Assembly: GCA_965112735.1 (NCBI GenBank)
Contig: OZ218955.1
Coordinates: 682,001-746,000, forward strand
Direction of reading: 5' to 3'
Source of the DNA: Phaeosaccion multiseriatum
Lineage: Eukaryota; Protista; Ochrophyta, other classes
Length of the DNA: 64,000 nt
A model generated the notes under the pieces. It had not been told where the DNA came from, ran no database searches, and saw only the letters and a program-made list of their open reading frames with translations. A program made the translations under genes and the position numbers. Shown here piece by piece: positions 10,133-22,018 of the stretch. The stretch's first letter is position 1. Every line of letters starts with the position of its first letter.

Positions 10133-13100
10133 CTACCAATATGGCCTTGATGAGTTGAGCCATCCCTGACGCCCCTTCCATGTGGCCTAGAGTAGTCTTG
10201 ACAGTGCCCACTACAAGGGGGGGGGCATCAGGCCTGTTGGGGTGAACGCTGCCTTGAGAGCGCCAAAGGAGTATCACGCGACGTGCGTGCGTGCGTGCGT
10301 GCGTGCGTGAGGGAGGGAGGGTGGGAGGGAGGGAGGGAGGGAGGGAGGGAGGGAGGGAGGGAGGGAGGGAGGGAGGGAGGGAGGGAGGGAGGGAGGGAGG
10401 GAGGGAGGGAGGGAGGGAGGGAGGGAGGGAGGGAGGGAGGGAGGGAGGGAGGGAGGGAGGGAGGGAGGGAGGGAGGGAGGGAGGGAGGGAGGGAGGGAGG
10501 GAGGGAGGGAGGGAGGGAGGGAGGGAGGGAGGGAGGGAGGGAGGGAGGGAGGGAGGGAGGAAGGGAGGGAGGGAGGGAGGGAGGGAGGGAGGGAGGGAGG
10601 GAGAAAGGGAGGGAGGGAGGGAGGGAGGGAGGGAGGGAGGGAGGGAGGGAGGGAGGGAGGGAGGGACGAGGGGAGGGCACGAATACGCTTTGTTTATTAT
10701 GTCTCATCACAGCATCATTGTTCTAGTTGGGACGTAAGAGAGACATCACAAGGATGGTCCAACACGAATGCCCCTCTTTTAACCTCTTTGCCTCCTTCAA
10801 CGTACCCAGCTCGATGGTGTCGCCCATGACCGTTCCCGTGGCGTGAGCCTCAACATAGCCCACTTCTCTCCCCTCGCACGCTGCCTGCCGCAGGGCTCTC
10901 CTCGCCAATCTCTCTTGGGCAGCTCCCTTGGGGGCGGACAGAGAAGTGCTGACGCCATTGTGGCTGACAGCCGCTGCCTTGATGACGGCAAGGATGTTGT
11001 CTCCGTCCTTGATGGCGTCCGGCAGGGACTTCAGCACGACGGCCCCGCTGCCCTCACTGCGCACGAAGCCGTCCCCGGCGGCGGCAAAGGATTTGCAGTA
11101 CCTGGAGAAGGAGACGGGACAGGAAGTAGAGTGGGGGGCGGGGTGGATCAGTGTCCAAGCAAGGGACCAGAGAGAAGAGAAAGGGCGCTTTGAAAAGAAG
11201 AAAATAGATGCAGCAAGAGCTGCAGGAGTACACTCACCCTTCCTTCGACAGAAGCCCCGCACTGGCCAGGCCGCCAAAGCCTTGGTCGTGAAGCAGCAGG
11301 TTGACCCCGCCAACGACGGCAGAGCTGCACTGCCTCAATTTCAGACTGTTGCACGCGTTGCTGAGGGCCACCAGGGCCGACGAACATGCTGCGTCTACGC
11401 TTTCGCATGGACCTGCGAGGCCGAGTGTGCGAAATGCGGCCAGCGAAACATGCTTTGCTTGTCCCTGCCAACGTGTAGGCGCTGAGAGAAACGGCATCCG
11501 CGCTCTCACGCAGCAGAGCGGGCCAGTCACTCCCTGCAGCGCCCACAAACACGCCGACTCGGTGACCTTCAAGCCTGTGTCGGCCCTCGTAGCCGGCTCT
11601 GTGCAGACCTCCTCGTACGCCACTTCAAGCATGATGCGCTGGTTGGGATCTTGGATCTCCGCCTCGGCGGTGGACATGCCGAAGAATGCGTTGTCGAACG
11701 CTTCAACACTGTCGATGAAGCCAGCCACCTGCTCGCATGACGAGGAGAGGAGGAGCGTCCAAAATGGGGTGAGTGGGGCACAGAGACGGGCAAAGAAGCG
11801 CCCAGCAAAGCTGTTCATGCCCTTGAAGACTAACATTGGCAAGCCTCGTGATCACAGGGTAGAAACGCACCTCTCACTCCTGTTCCCAAGCCTCGCTCAA
11901 GGGGTGCATCGGTGACGCAGTCCTCCTCATTGCACAGCTTCGCCCAGAGCTCTTCCGGGCTGTTGCAGCCACCGGGGAAGCGACACGCCATCCCAATGAC
12001 TGCAATATCGCCGCTGGCCTGCTACCGTCAGAAAAAGGGACCCCAGGAATGGAGCGAGGCAGTCCGTCAACGGAAGCGTCGTCCTCCTCTTCTTCTCCAA
12101 ACAGGACCGTCTCCAGGTGAGCTGCGAGTAGAGCTGGTGTCGGATAGTCAAAGAGGGCGTCGGCCCCAATCTCAGAATCCTTGTCGCTCCCGTCTTCAGT
12201 CTTCTCGCTGCCCAGAAAGTCCTCGAGCATCACCGCCAGCTCGGCCATCATCACCGAGGTCATGCCCGCCTTCATGAAGCGGTCGTCGGCGGTCAAATCT
12301 CCGTTGTGCGTCACCTCTACGGCAAACTCGAGGAGCTTATGATGGCCACCCTTGCCTCCCTACCGAGGCCCTCCATAGCACGCATGGCCAGACCGCCTTC
12401 TCCTCCTCCTCTCCCCTCCGGGACGCCGCCTTCGACTAAGCAAGCCCTTTCCTCTGGAGCTGAGCACATGCTGGCAAGCTTCACAGGAGGAGAGTCCTAT
12501 CGGTGTGGTTGGGGGAGAAATGGGCATGACAAGTGGGGTGAGACTCGACGCAAAGCCCTCAGCAGACGATTCCCTCACCACAACTGCACGGATGAAAAGG
12601 GCTGTGAAGGGCAAGTACCAAAGCACACAGATTGAAGGGGGCAAAGGATTGGAGAGATGGGCAAGAGGCCTCCACTCCCGCTCACTCGCACCTGTGACAT
12701 CGCAGTGCGGTCCTCGATGAGCTCGTGCACCATGTGCAGCTCGCCAGCGTGAAGCGCCTGTCTCGTCGCCCGCCTTCGGATCTTGCCTCTCGTGGTCTTG
12801 GGGATGGTCTTCTGCTTGATGGCCACCACCTTCGCCGCTCTGAGACCCAAGGAGGACGACAAGGCGGCTTGAGCAGCCTCCACCACTGCCTGGGCCTCGC
12901 CCTCTCGCTCTTGGCGGATCTCGAACACCACCTCCAGCACGCCGTCCCCTCCCGTCTCGTCGGAGGAGAAGGCCGCCACACAGCCCTGCCGAATGGCATC
13001 AGAGGCCTCTTGAACGGCGAACTCGATGTCCTGCGGGTAGTGGTTGACCCCATTGAAGATGATGAGGTCCTTGATTCGGCCGCAGATGTACAGCAAACCC

Positions 13101-15354
13101 TCCTCCACAAAGCCCACGTCGCCTGTCCGTAGGTACTGGCGAGGAGGCAAGCTGTCACTGCCCCCGGCCCCACCCTGAAGAGAGAGCTTCGCCTGGAACA
13201 CCTCCTTCGACAGCTCGGGCTTGCCCCAGTACCCGGCGGCGACAGAGGGAGAGGAGACCCAGACCTCTCCCGTGGCTCCTGCTTCGCCGACCTCGCCCAT
13301 GGTGTCGGGATTGACGATTCGAATGTCCATAAAGTCTGCTCTCTCGCTCGGGGAGCCGACGCTGGTGAGGTCGGGGCGAGAAGGCGATCGATCGAGGACA
13401 GTGGTCCAGGAGACTGGGGAAAGTGTGCAATGGGGTGGGGAAGGCGAGAGAACGAGTGAATTAGTCTTTGGACCGATTCCTACTCTGAGAGAGAATGAAA
13501 TGCACCACCGCCTGTCCCTTCGCCTCGACCCGCCCCCCCTTCTGTGCAGACTTCTTACCTAAAACCACGTGCTCAGCGAGTCCATACGCAGCCGAGAACC
13601 ACCTTACAGTGCACAAGTCACGGAGAGCGAGGCACGTACAAGGGAGAGGTATGAGGTTAGAAACCACTCACCGGCCGAAAAAAGGGGGGAGCACGGAGGA
13701 TGTCGTGACAGGTCTCTCGAGCTCAAGCGCAGTCATAGCTCCTGCCGCACACTCACTCACCCCTGCCGGAGGCCGAAAGGCAGGAAGGCCCCTTCGAACC
13801 TCTCCACCGTCTCCGCTCGGATTGGCTCGGCTCCCGACTGCAGCCTGACCACGAAGGACAGATCCAGCTTGGGCTCCTTGCGAGTGCCGCGCACCTTGGC
13901 CATGTACCGGGCGCAGAGGGCATAGGCGAAGTCGGGGGCGACGGACCACTCCACGCGGTGCCGAGAGACAAGCTCCAGCCAGAGCAGGGGCCGCTTGATG
14001 AAGCTCACGGGGGACATGTAATGCATAGTCATGCCCGTCAGGGGTGAGGAGGCCGAGTACGAGGCCCATGTCCTGAGAAGCAAGGAGAAAGTAAGCAGGG
14101 TAGTGAGTGGGGCGAGAGTGAGCAACAGCAAAAGGCAAGACGAGGCGCAATGGAGAGTAGAGGGGTGTCCGGCCGCACATCGTTTCTCCCCTTCCTCACG
14201 CTTGCTTGGCGCTTCGTTCCTGGCCGTCCGTTTCCACATTTCTCCTCCCTTCATGTGTCCTGCCTCTACTTCCTCGCTCCCTCGCTCGCTCACCCTCCCC
14301 CTATATACAAGTCAACTCACATGATACTGGGGCAACCACGTGGTTGGCACATTATGGATCCGCTCACTTGGTGCTGCCCTCTGGGTACGACCGCTGCTGC
14401 TCGCCTCAGGCTGGTCTGATGGGGAGTCTCCAGCCTTGTGCGAGGGCCACAAGCGGTACATCCCCGTGGCGGGGTGGCAGCCGATGAGATACACATTGGC
14501 CATGAGCGCTCCGAAGGTTACCATGACGCCCTTGGGGTCACCGGTGGAACCGCTGGTGTACTGCAGAAACGCCAGGTCCTCTTTGGCCACGCTCAGCTCG
14601 TCAAAGCTCCTCGTCCCTGCGCCTGACGAGGAGGAGAAGAAGAAGAAGCTCGGAAGCAGCCCCCCATCCGTAGCCTTAAAGTCGAGGTCCGCAGGCCACA
14701 GCTTGCTGGAGTCAGAGAGTGGATTGGACATGTCCACTCTGCGCACAGCTGCTATCGTGGAGTCGGTGAGGCACAGCAGGGGCTTACAGTCTGCCACGAT
14801 CTTGCTCATCTTGGGCAGGGACTTGGACAGGGGAGGAGCAGGCGGGTACACCATCACCGCCACCACGCCCGCTCTGAGGCAGCCCAGGAAGGCTGCGAAG
14901 AAATGCAGGCCCGGCTCGTAGCACAGCACCACCATGCCCCCCTTGGGGGCACCTTCCACTCCTCGCGAAGCATGTAGGCAATCTTGCCCGCCTGAGCAGT
15001 TAGCAATACGAGGGAGCAACGAGGGAGAAATAGTGAGACGCCCTGTTTAAGCCCCTCGTTATCACGAAGACGGGTGGTGCAATAGGCATGTAGCGGCAAC
15101 AGCTGAGTCAGGCGACGGGTAGCAAGGAAGGCGCCATGAACGCTCGCGGCTGTGACGCGTCAATCTCGCCCATCCCTTCTTCAGCTCCTTACCTCATCCC
15201 ACATACGCTTGAAGCTGTACTGCTCCGTTTGCTTTCCCTTGCCGTCGTACCAAAAGGCGAAGAGCTTGTCGTCGAGCTCGGTAGCAACCTCCTGTGCCCT
15301 CCCCAGCAGTATGGCAGTGTGCGAGGCAGTTCGCTTCAATACGTTTTCCCCGGC
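10133..15354 (-). pseudogene. Decayed, truncated FAAL-ACP-KS paralog of the megasynthase
   Basis: Largely the same intron positions as the intact copy (e.g. exons 15354-15193, 14991-14321, 14072-13761, 13602-13559, 13413-12692). Frameshifts near 14947, 14040 (5-nt deletion), 12337, 12020, 11608, 11426 and 10250, plus a 9-nt deletion before WLPQYH. Homology stops after LIKAILV (~10133). ACP GMTS; KS DAACSS/EAHATGT/KTTLGH. Confidence 0.85.
10283..10665. repeat. (GTGC)n followed by ~350 bp of (GGGA)n microsatellite in an intron of the pseudogene
   Basis: Directly visible; source of the spurious REGG/SLPP ORFs. Confidence 0.95.
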
Positions 15355-15547
15355 CTAGGCAAAGGGAAGCAAGCGAACAAGCAGGGGGGGCAACAAATAA
15401 GGTCAACGAATCGATCAGCCTTGCGCCCAAACGTTTGGATATCCCTACAGCGTGTTGGCAGTGTTGAGTGAGGAAGCTCGGGGTATGCTGAAGCAAAGAT
15501 AGATCATGAGCAACAACCCATGCAGTTCATTCCCACCCTATTTGCAC

Positions 15548-15955
15548 CTGTGGGGGGGGCTGCAGAGCCACCTCTGCAGTCACAGATGGACTCGTATCGG
15601 CATTCTTCACTCCCACAGTATCGGCTGCGATGAGCTCGTGCACCTTGCTTATGTAGTTTGCCAGCATGCGGCGCCTGCCTCGTCGCTCCCCGGCGGATCT
15701 TGCCGCTCGTGGTCTTGGGGATGGTCTTCTGCCTGATGGCCACCATCTTGGCCGCCGTGAGGCCAAAGGAACACGACAGTGCGGCTTGCGCAGCCTCCAC
15801 CACTGCCTGGGCCTCGCTCTCTCGCTCCTGACGAATCTCGAACACTACCACGAGCACGCCATCTCTTCCCTTCTCTTCGGAGGAGAAGGCCGCCACACAG
15901 CCCTGCCGAATGGCGTCAGAGGCCTCTTGCACGGTGAACTGTACGTCCTGTGGAG
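15548..15955 (-). pseudogene. Third copy: FAAL C-terminal subdomain fragment
   Basis: [25 protein letters not shown]...[11 protein letters not shown] is homologous to both other copies. A 4-nt insertion near 15648 shifts the frame before VHELI. Confidence 0.8.
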
Positions 15956-17433
15956 AAGCCCTCGCTGCTTCCACGCCCGTTCTGCCGCAGAAGAGGGGGG
16001 GTGTTTGGGTGGGGGGGGTAATGACGCGCGGCTGAGTGATGGGGGGGGGGGGCGAAGGAATGGCCGGCCGTGCGGCTCTGGACACGGGCTGTGTATGGGA
16101 ATGCTATGCTTCTCTGCCTCCTCGCTCACCCCTTTCTGCAAAGTCGCTCCCATAGCAGATCCGCTCTCTCCTGCCGAGCCTGAGCATCAGCTTTGCCCGG
16201 CGCTCGTGTCTGCGCCGCTCCCGCATCCATAGCTGCGCCCGCCTGCGTTGAGTACTTGCCGGGCACTCCCCCTCCTCCTTGCTCCTCTTTCTCCTCGGCC
16301 CTACTTGCAGCATTCTCCAGCACGCCGGCCACCCTTTCCCCCGCCATTTCACTTTGTCTCGGTGTCCCTTCTTCCCCGGCAGCAGCTCGTCGGCATCGAC
16401 TTGGCTTTCCCTCTCCGCCCGGCTTCGCTCATTGCCCCCATAGACACCACCACGGAGGGCCTCGGCAGCTGTGCTAGTGCTTCTTCGAGAGGTTTGCTCC
16501 CCGTCTTGCTTGTCTCCCCCTTCCGCCCGAGAGAGCTCGCCCATCTTCCTCCTACTTGGCTCTCCTGCTCACTGGCAAGAGAGAGCTGGTGGCCGAGTGT
16601 GTTACGCTTATGGGCCACCTGCAGAACCACAGATCCAGACAAGGGAGGCGGGAGGCGGGACATGCGCACGAGAAGGTGCTAGACGTCATACTGAAGCACG
16701 ATTGAAATTAAACCTTCCTCTGCGTGTATCACTTGATGTTCTGTGGCTGGTGGTGCGAACCAATGAACAGAGACACCACGATCGGACGAGGGGTGGAAGA
16801 AACAGTCAGACGACACTTTGTGAGTGGCGTTGGGCAGCGGGGGGATGAGTAGGGGAGGGATTGCGAGGATACGGTGAAAGAAAGAGTTCTGCCCGTGCTG
16901 CCACTGTACTAAACCTGCTTCTTGCTGCTCCTTGCGGCGTACTGCTGCTGCTCCTGCTGCTGCTGCTGCTGCTACTACTAACTACTCCTGTTGCCTATGC
17001 CCCCCCCCCCCACACGACGGCTAGCTTGTGTGGACAAGGCGCTGTCCTCTCTCGCTGTCTCCTCTCGCGTATCAGCGCTGCTCGTGTCAGCCGCGTGTTG
17101 CCAAATTGAACCTCACACTGAATTGGCGGGAACACTACACACAATCACGCACTCATTCACTCCCTCTCGTATCCCAAGAGCTTGGGACGGGGGATGGAGA
17201 GGCACAGAGGTTTGACTTGGAGACCTCAGCTTCCGGAGGACTCTGAACTCAGGATTTGTCGCTCACGGAAAACGCGGTGGAGGGCACCCCCCCCCCCCCG
17301 GGGATTATCGACATGGTGAATTAACACCCCCGGGGATTTTGGATGGGTGAAATTGAGCTGCCCTTTGTTGCTGTTGTTGAAGTGTCCCCACAGCACACAC
17401 AATAAGGAGCGCATACAAGAAGCTCTTGTTCTG

Positions 17434-20203
17434 ATGCTCAGTCGCTTCCTTCCCCCCTTTGTGAGAAGCTCGCGGGTAGCGTCGGAGTCTCAAACCCGAC
17501 AACCCCCCGCTCCTCCCCCCTTCGCCGAGATGGTGGTCCCAACGTCGGTTGATGATGCGGAGCCACCGGTCCTGGTCGTGTACCACCCACATTCGGACAG
17601 GTTGGTGCACATTTCATACGTCGCGGTCTCTGACTTGCCGCTCGTATACTTCGCCAATCAGGAAAGGCCTCCTGTCATCAAGAGCTTTGACCTTTACGGC
17701 CCTGTATCCTGCAGCGCTCGCTCACTCTCTTCCCCGCGCTCCCACTCTGTCTTGTGGCCTGCCCTTGACATGCCCCAACCTGATGCTCGCTCCTCTCTGT
17801 GCAGAAAAAGCGTGGCCAAGAGAGTGAAGGAAAGTGTTCCCCCCGGTGGCGCTAGATACACCATCGCCCCCGAGGCCGGTAGCGCCTTCCTGGAGCTCGG
17901 ACACACACCCAAGTATATCGAGAAAGTACTTAAGCGCTGCAGGTGAGCCGCCTGCGGGGCCTGCCGCACGGATTCATCCCGCCCTGTTTGCGGCCCGTCA
18001 GGTTGCAGCGAACTTCCAAAGCGGTGGTGGCGCTCTCTTGTAGCCATGGGGTCCGACTTCGAGGATGAGATAGGCGATTGTCTCTCTCTCTTGTGTGTGT
18101 GTCTCTTTCTCCCTTTGCTGGAGTGTGCTGCATTTCAACCCTGTACCTCTGCTTCTTCGACTCCTGTCGACCCCGTTGCGTTGCAATTCCTCGTGACCCA
18201 GCGAGGCCGAAAAAGACCAAGAGGGCGGGCCTGTGCGTGTGGACACGGCTGGCACGGCCACAGTCAGCAAGGGTAGTAAAGAAGTCATCTGCAGGGCAGC
18301 AGGAGCGGTCAAGCTCGCCATCGATGCCGTGACGGGGGCAGGCGCCCCCGCGAAGGACATCACCACCGAGCCCCTCAATAAACCCTCCAGTCCTGGTACT
18401 GAGGAGGGCAGGGAAAGATTCGCGTCCGCGGTGTGTCTCACAGGCCAACGAGGACAGCACGCCGTGAGGAGAAGGGCGGCGAACGACTCCTTCTTCAACA
18501 ACGCAGCTCTGGGCGCCCTCTACTACCTCGAGAGCAATCCCAACGGAGAGAGTCGCGTCGCCGTGGTGAACATTGGCGCCGGCTTCGCCGCAGGAATCCA
18601 GGACGTGCTGAGCGACGTCAGAGACAGAACCATGGTGGCGTCAGTGCACACGGGCGATCCGATGCTCCACGACATGATCGACTCTGCGTCTAAGGGCAAG
18701 CCAGCTTCAAATGTGAGCCAGGAGTAGTAGGGGGTAGAAGTGGGTAGACAGCTAGTCGGCTCGATGGGGCCCGGCGGCGCCGCCGAGCTAGCATGACACG
18801 CCCTCTCACCACTCAGCCAACGCAGGAGCCTCGCTACTTACCGTTGCCTTACAGCCCTTTGTTTTTGCCTGTGTGTTCTTCATTACGTGTATCTCTCACG
18901 GCACACCCAGAAGAAGTTCCAGAACATTCACCACATCCTCATGCCCATCACACCCGGACGAAATGAGTGGAAGGAGATCCACAAGCGCGATGTGCTCCCG
19001 GCCTTGGAGGAATTCAAGCCGGACCTGGTCATCTGCAGCGCCACCTTCGACACCTCAAGCATAGAAGAGAAGGCCTTAAACAAGTCCGACTTTGTGTGGC
19101 TCGTGGCCCAACTGCACCGGCTGTGTTCGCGCGTCGTGATGATCGACGACAGTGACAGCGACGGCAGGAGTAAGAACAAGAACAAGGACGTCTGGAAGGA
19201 ATGCATCCGTGTGCTGGCGGGGAAGAAGTGGAGTGCCGAGGGGGACAACGAGGATACCGGTGATGGTAATGATGAGGATGTGGATGATGATGATCGTGTG
19301 ATCTTCGAGCCGAAGAAGCCAGAGCTCGAGGAGGCGGTGGTCATTAGACACCATCGAAGGCTCTGCAGTTCAGGCTCATCCTCGGCCAAAAATACTGAGC
19401 CGACTCGAAACGCCATGAAGGAGGGCAACGGAAAGGGCGGGAAGGGCAAGGCCAAGAGGCACCAGTCCTCGGTTTCCTCCACCGACGAGCAAGAGGAGGG
19501 TGAGGTCGCACAGCAGCCGCAGAGGCGTCCTAAGAAGAGAAAGGGGGCGTCGCCGTCCGAGGAGTCGAGCCTCAGCAGCGACCTTGAAGAGACCCCCCCA
19601 CTGCAGAAGCGCGGGAGAGGAAGCCCGTGCAAGACACCCCCCCCCTCGTCATGCACGACCGAGCAGCAGGAAGAGCTAGCGATGCGTGCCCAGCTTGAGG
19701 GGTGGAGAGATGAGGTGCAGATGTTGAAGGCGACGAGAGAGGCTGCCCTAGAGGTGGCCGAGAGGGTGGCGGGCGGCGAGGACTTCCTCAGGCCCGATGC
19801 GGAGATCTGTAGCACGATGTACCGTCAGATGTGCACACGCTGGCACGCGCATATTACCAAGGGGCGGGCAGCGGCAGCAGAGCAAATGGCCCGCAACCTG
19901 GAAGAGATGATGGGTACCTGCCCCAGCTACGCGGTCAACAAGGAGAGGGGCTCCAAGTCGCCGTCTGTCGGGGGGGCAGCAGCACGAGGGGCAGCGGCAA
20001 TGGGAATGCCACCACCGAGGAAGGCGAGGAGGATGAGGAGTTGTCTTCGGGTGAGGAGTAAGCCTGTCGGGCACTCATGCACTCCTCCTCCTGGTGTGAG
20101 AAATATCGTTGAGGAGTGTGCTTGCCTTGCCGTGGCCGGGACGGCTCTGCATGCGTCACTCGCATCTCAGGAGGGGGCGGGGTCAAGAAGGGAAGGACAA
20201 TGA
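17434..20203 (+). CDS. Class II HDAC-fold protein, apparently catalytically inactive, with a charged/basic C-terminal tail (start and internal exon boundaries approximate)
   Basis: Collinear HDAC segments: VLVVYH..QERP, APEA..LELGHTPKYIEKV, AAGAVKLAIDAV, GQRGQHA, FFNNAA, RVAVVNIGAGFAAGIQD, ASVH, VLPALEEFKPDLVICSATFD, RVVMIDDSD. Tail has an NLS-like QRRPKKRK. Confidence 0.75.
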
Positions 20204-20989
20204 CAACAAGGCAAGAGAAGTAGCCGAAGGCTGAGATTATGTAACTTTAAAAGAATAGCAGGGCACATTGGGACACATCTGAGCTCTCGTTGCTCTTCTT
20301 ATCACGGCCCATCCTCTCTCTCTTGGGAAGGGGCACGGAGCGCTGAGGGGACGTGGAGTTCTCCCAGGTGATGCCATCAAGCAAGGACTCAAGTAAGGAC
20401 TCCGAATTTAAGGACTCAAGCAAGGACAGCGACTATAGCAAATGCTCCAGCGAGCCTACACACACGACCAAGCCCGACGCCTCGTCGGTAGTACGACATC
20501 TCGCTGTCCCCACACACACACACACACACACTGAAACGAAAAGAGCAGGGAAGCCTCAGATGGCTTCTCTTCTCTCTCTCTCTCACTTCTTCCCCCTTCT
20601 TCCTCCTTGATTGTTGTGTACTACGAAGTCTTGTGTAGGGGGAGAGACGGTGAGGAGCGCGGGAATAGAAGTCATCAGTAGCCAGCAGCTGCCGAAAGAA
20701 GTCGGCAGCGAAAAGATTTATCAAAAAGGTGGGCGGGAGAGACCACTTTGATAAGGTAGAGCGAAAAGCGAGAGAAGCAACGCCTCGGCGGCGCGCGTTT
20801 GAAGCTTGTTCTATTCTTTCACCAACCTCGGCTGTTTCCACCTCGTTGCGCGGAGGTTGGTGAGGCTCTCCAGCACAGTGAGGGCAGTCACCGGAGCATC
20901 AGACGGCCCGTCCATCTTTTTCTTTTGCAGCCCAAAGGGTTCTCCAAGGACAGCGACTTGGAACTCACACGATTTTTTTGCTCCCTTCT

Positions 20990-21315
20990 CCCTTCACTAC
21001 TCACTCACTACCTCACTCACTCATTACCTCACTCCCCCCCTCACTCGCTCACTCTCGGCCCCACACAAGCTTGGCAGCATACAGCTTCCGGCCGGCGCCA
21101 GCCGACCAGGTTCCAGCTTCCAATTTTCAGTTGTGCAAGCCTTTCCCTCACTCACTCACTCACTCACTCACTCACTCACTTCCCAACTCCCTCCTTCCCT
21201 CACTCACTACCTCACTCACTCACTCACTCACTCTCATACTGACTCACTCGTCACTCACTCACTCACTCTCTCTCCTCCCTCCCTTCCTCCCTCACTCAAC
21301 TCACTCACTCACTCA
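20990..21315. repeat. Degenerate (CACT)n microsatellite field containing a remnant of the 9.1-9.3 kb element
   Basis: Directly visible. The reverse complement of 21086-21120 matches 9214-9248 at 31/35 nt. Confidence 0.8.
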
Positions 21316-22018
21316 TGCTCTATACTCCACGCTATCTGGTATCAGTGAAGGCACGAAAGAGGGGGCCATCTGCCCACACCAAATACTCAACCGTCACTCG
21401 TCCGTCCTTGCCGCTCCTCCCTGGGGAAATATCTTGGGAGGGATTTGCTCAAATGTTCGTGGTGCAGTAGCACTGAATGAGACACACGGAGAGAGAGGAG
21501 CGAAGATGCAGCCGAGTGACCTCCTGTTCCTTCTTCAAAGGGGAGATGTACATTGACATAAAGGAATCAACCCAAAGAAGGGGCCAGTGTGTGTGTGCGT
21601 CTTCAAAGGGGATATGGGGGGCGACAAAAGGCGTATCTTTGCCTCAAGTAGGAGGCTGTAGATCCTCACTCCTAACGTCCACACTGGCCCGGTTCGTGCC
21701 TCAGTCACACTGACTCTCCCCCTCCGTTGTGCTGCTTCGAGCTCTTTCACGGCACGCTTGGGGGGTGTATGGCAGAGAGGGATGTCTCAGGGCGGGAGGA
21801 AGGTCATAACTCTTCTTTGGGTGTGCGCTCGCATGCTCTGGGACTCATCAGAAAGAAAGCACTTGATACAGACAAGCATTCCAGCTCAGCCACAGGCCAC
21901 GGCAACCCATGGTCCCTTAATAAGCAGAGCCCCAACGCGAGAAAAGGAGGAAGTTACATGTGTAAGAAGCGTTCGGAGATGGGACGAGAGGAAGATTAAC
22001 CCATTCATTTCGCAAGCA

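Noticed and set aside
10228-10737. ORFs of REGG/SLPP repeats (similar ORFs at 4411-5906, 27741-28349, 44588-45388)
   Set aside because: Wholly or partly translations of intronic microsatellites; any genuine exon portions are already in the gene models.
1-16000. Bacterial contaminant or prokaryotic gene cluster
   Set aside because: The genes have many spliceosomal introns with host-type microsatellites and are contiguous with algal nuclear genes.
16104-16669. Possible 5' exon(s) of the decayed synthase copy
   Set aside because: Charged low-complexity ORFs in conflicting frames with no recognisable homology; cannot be supported.
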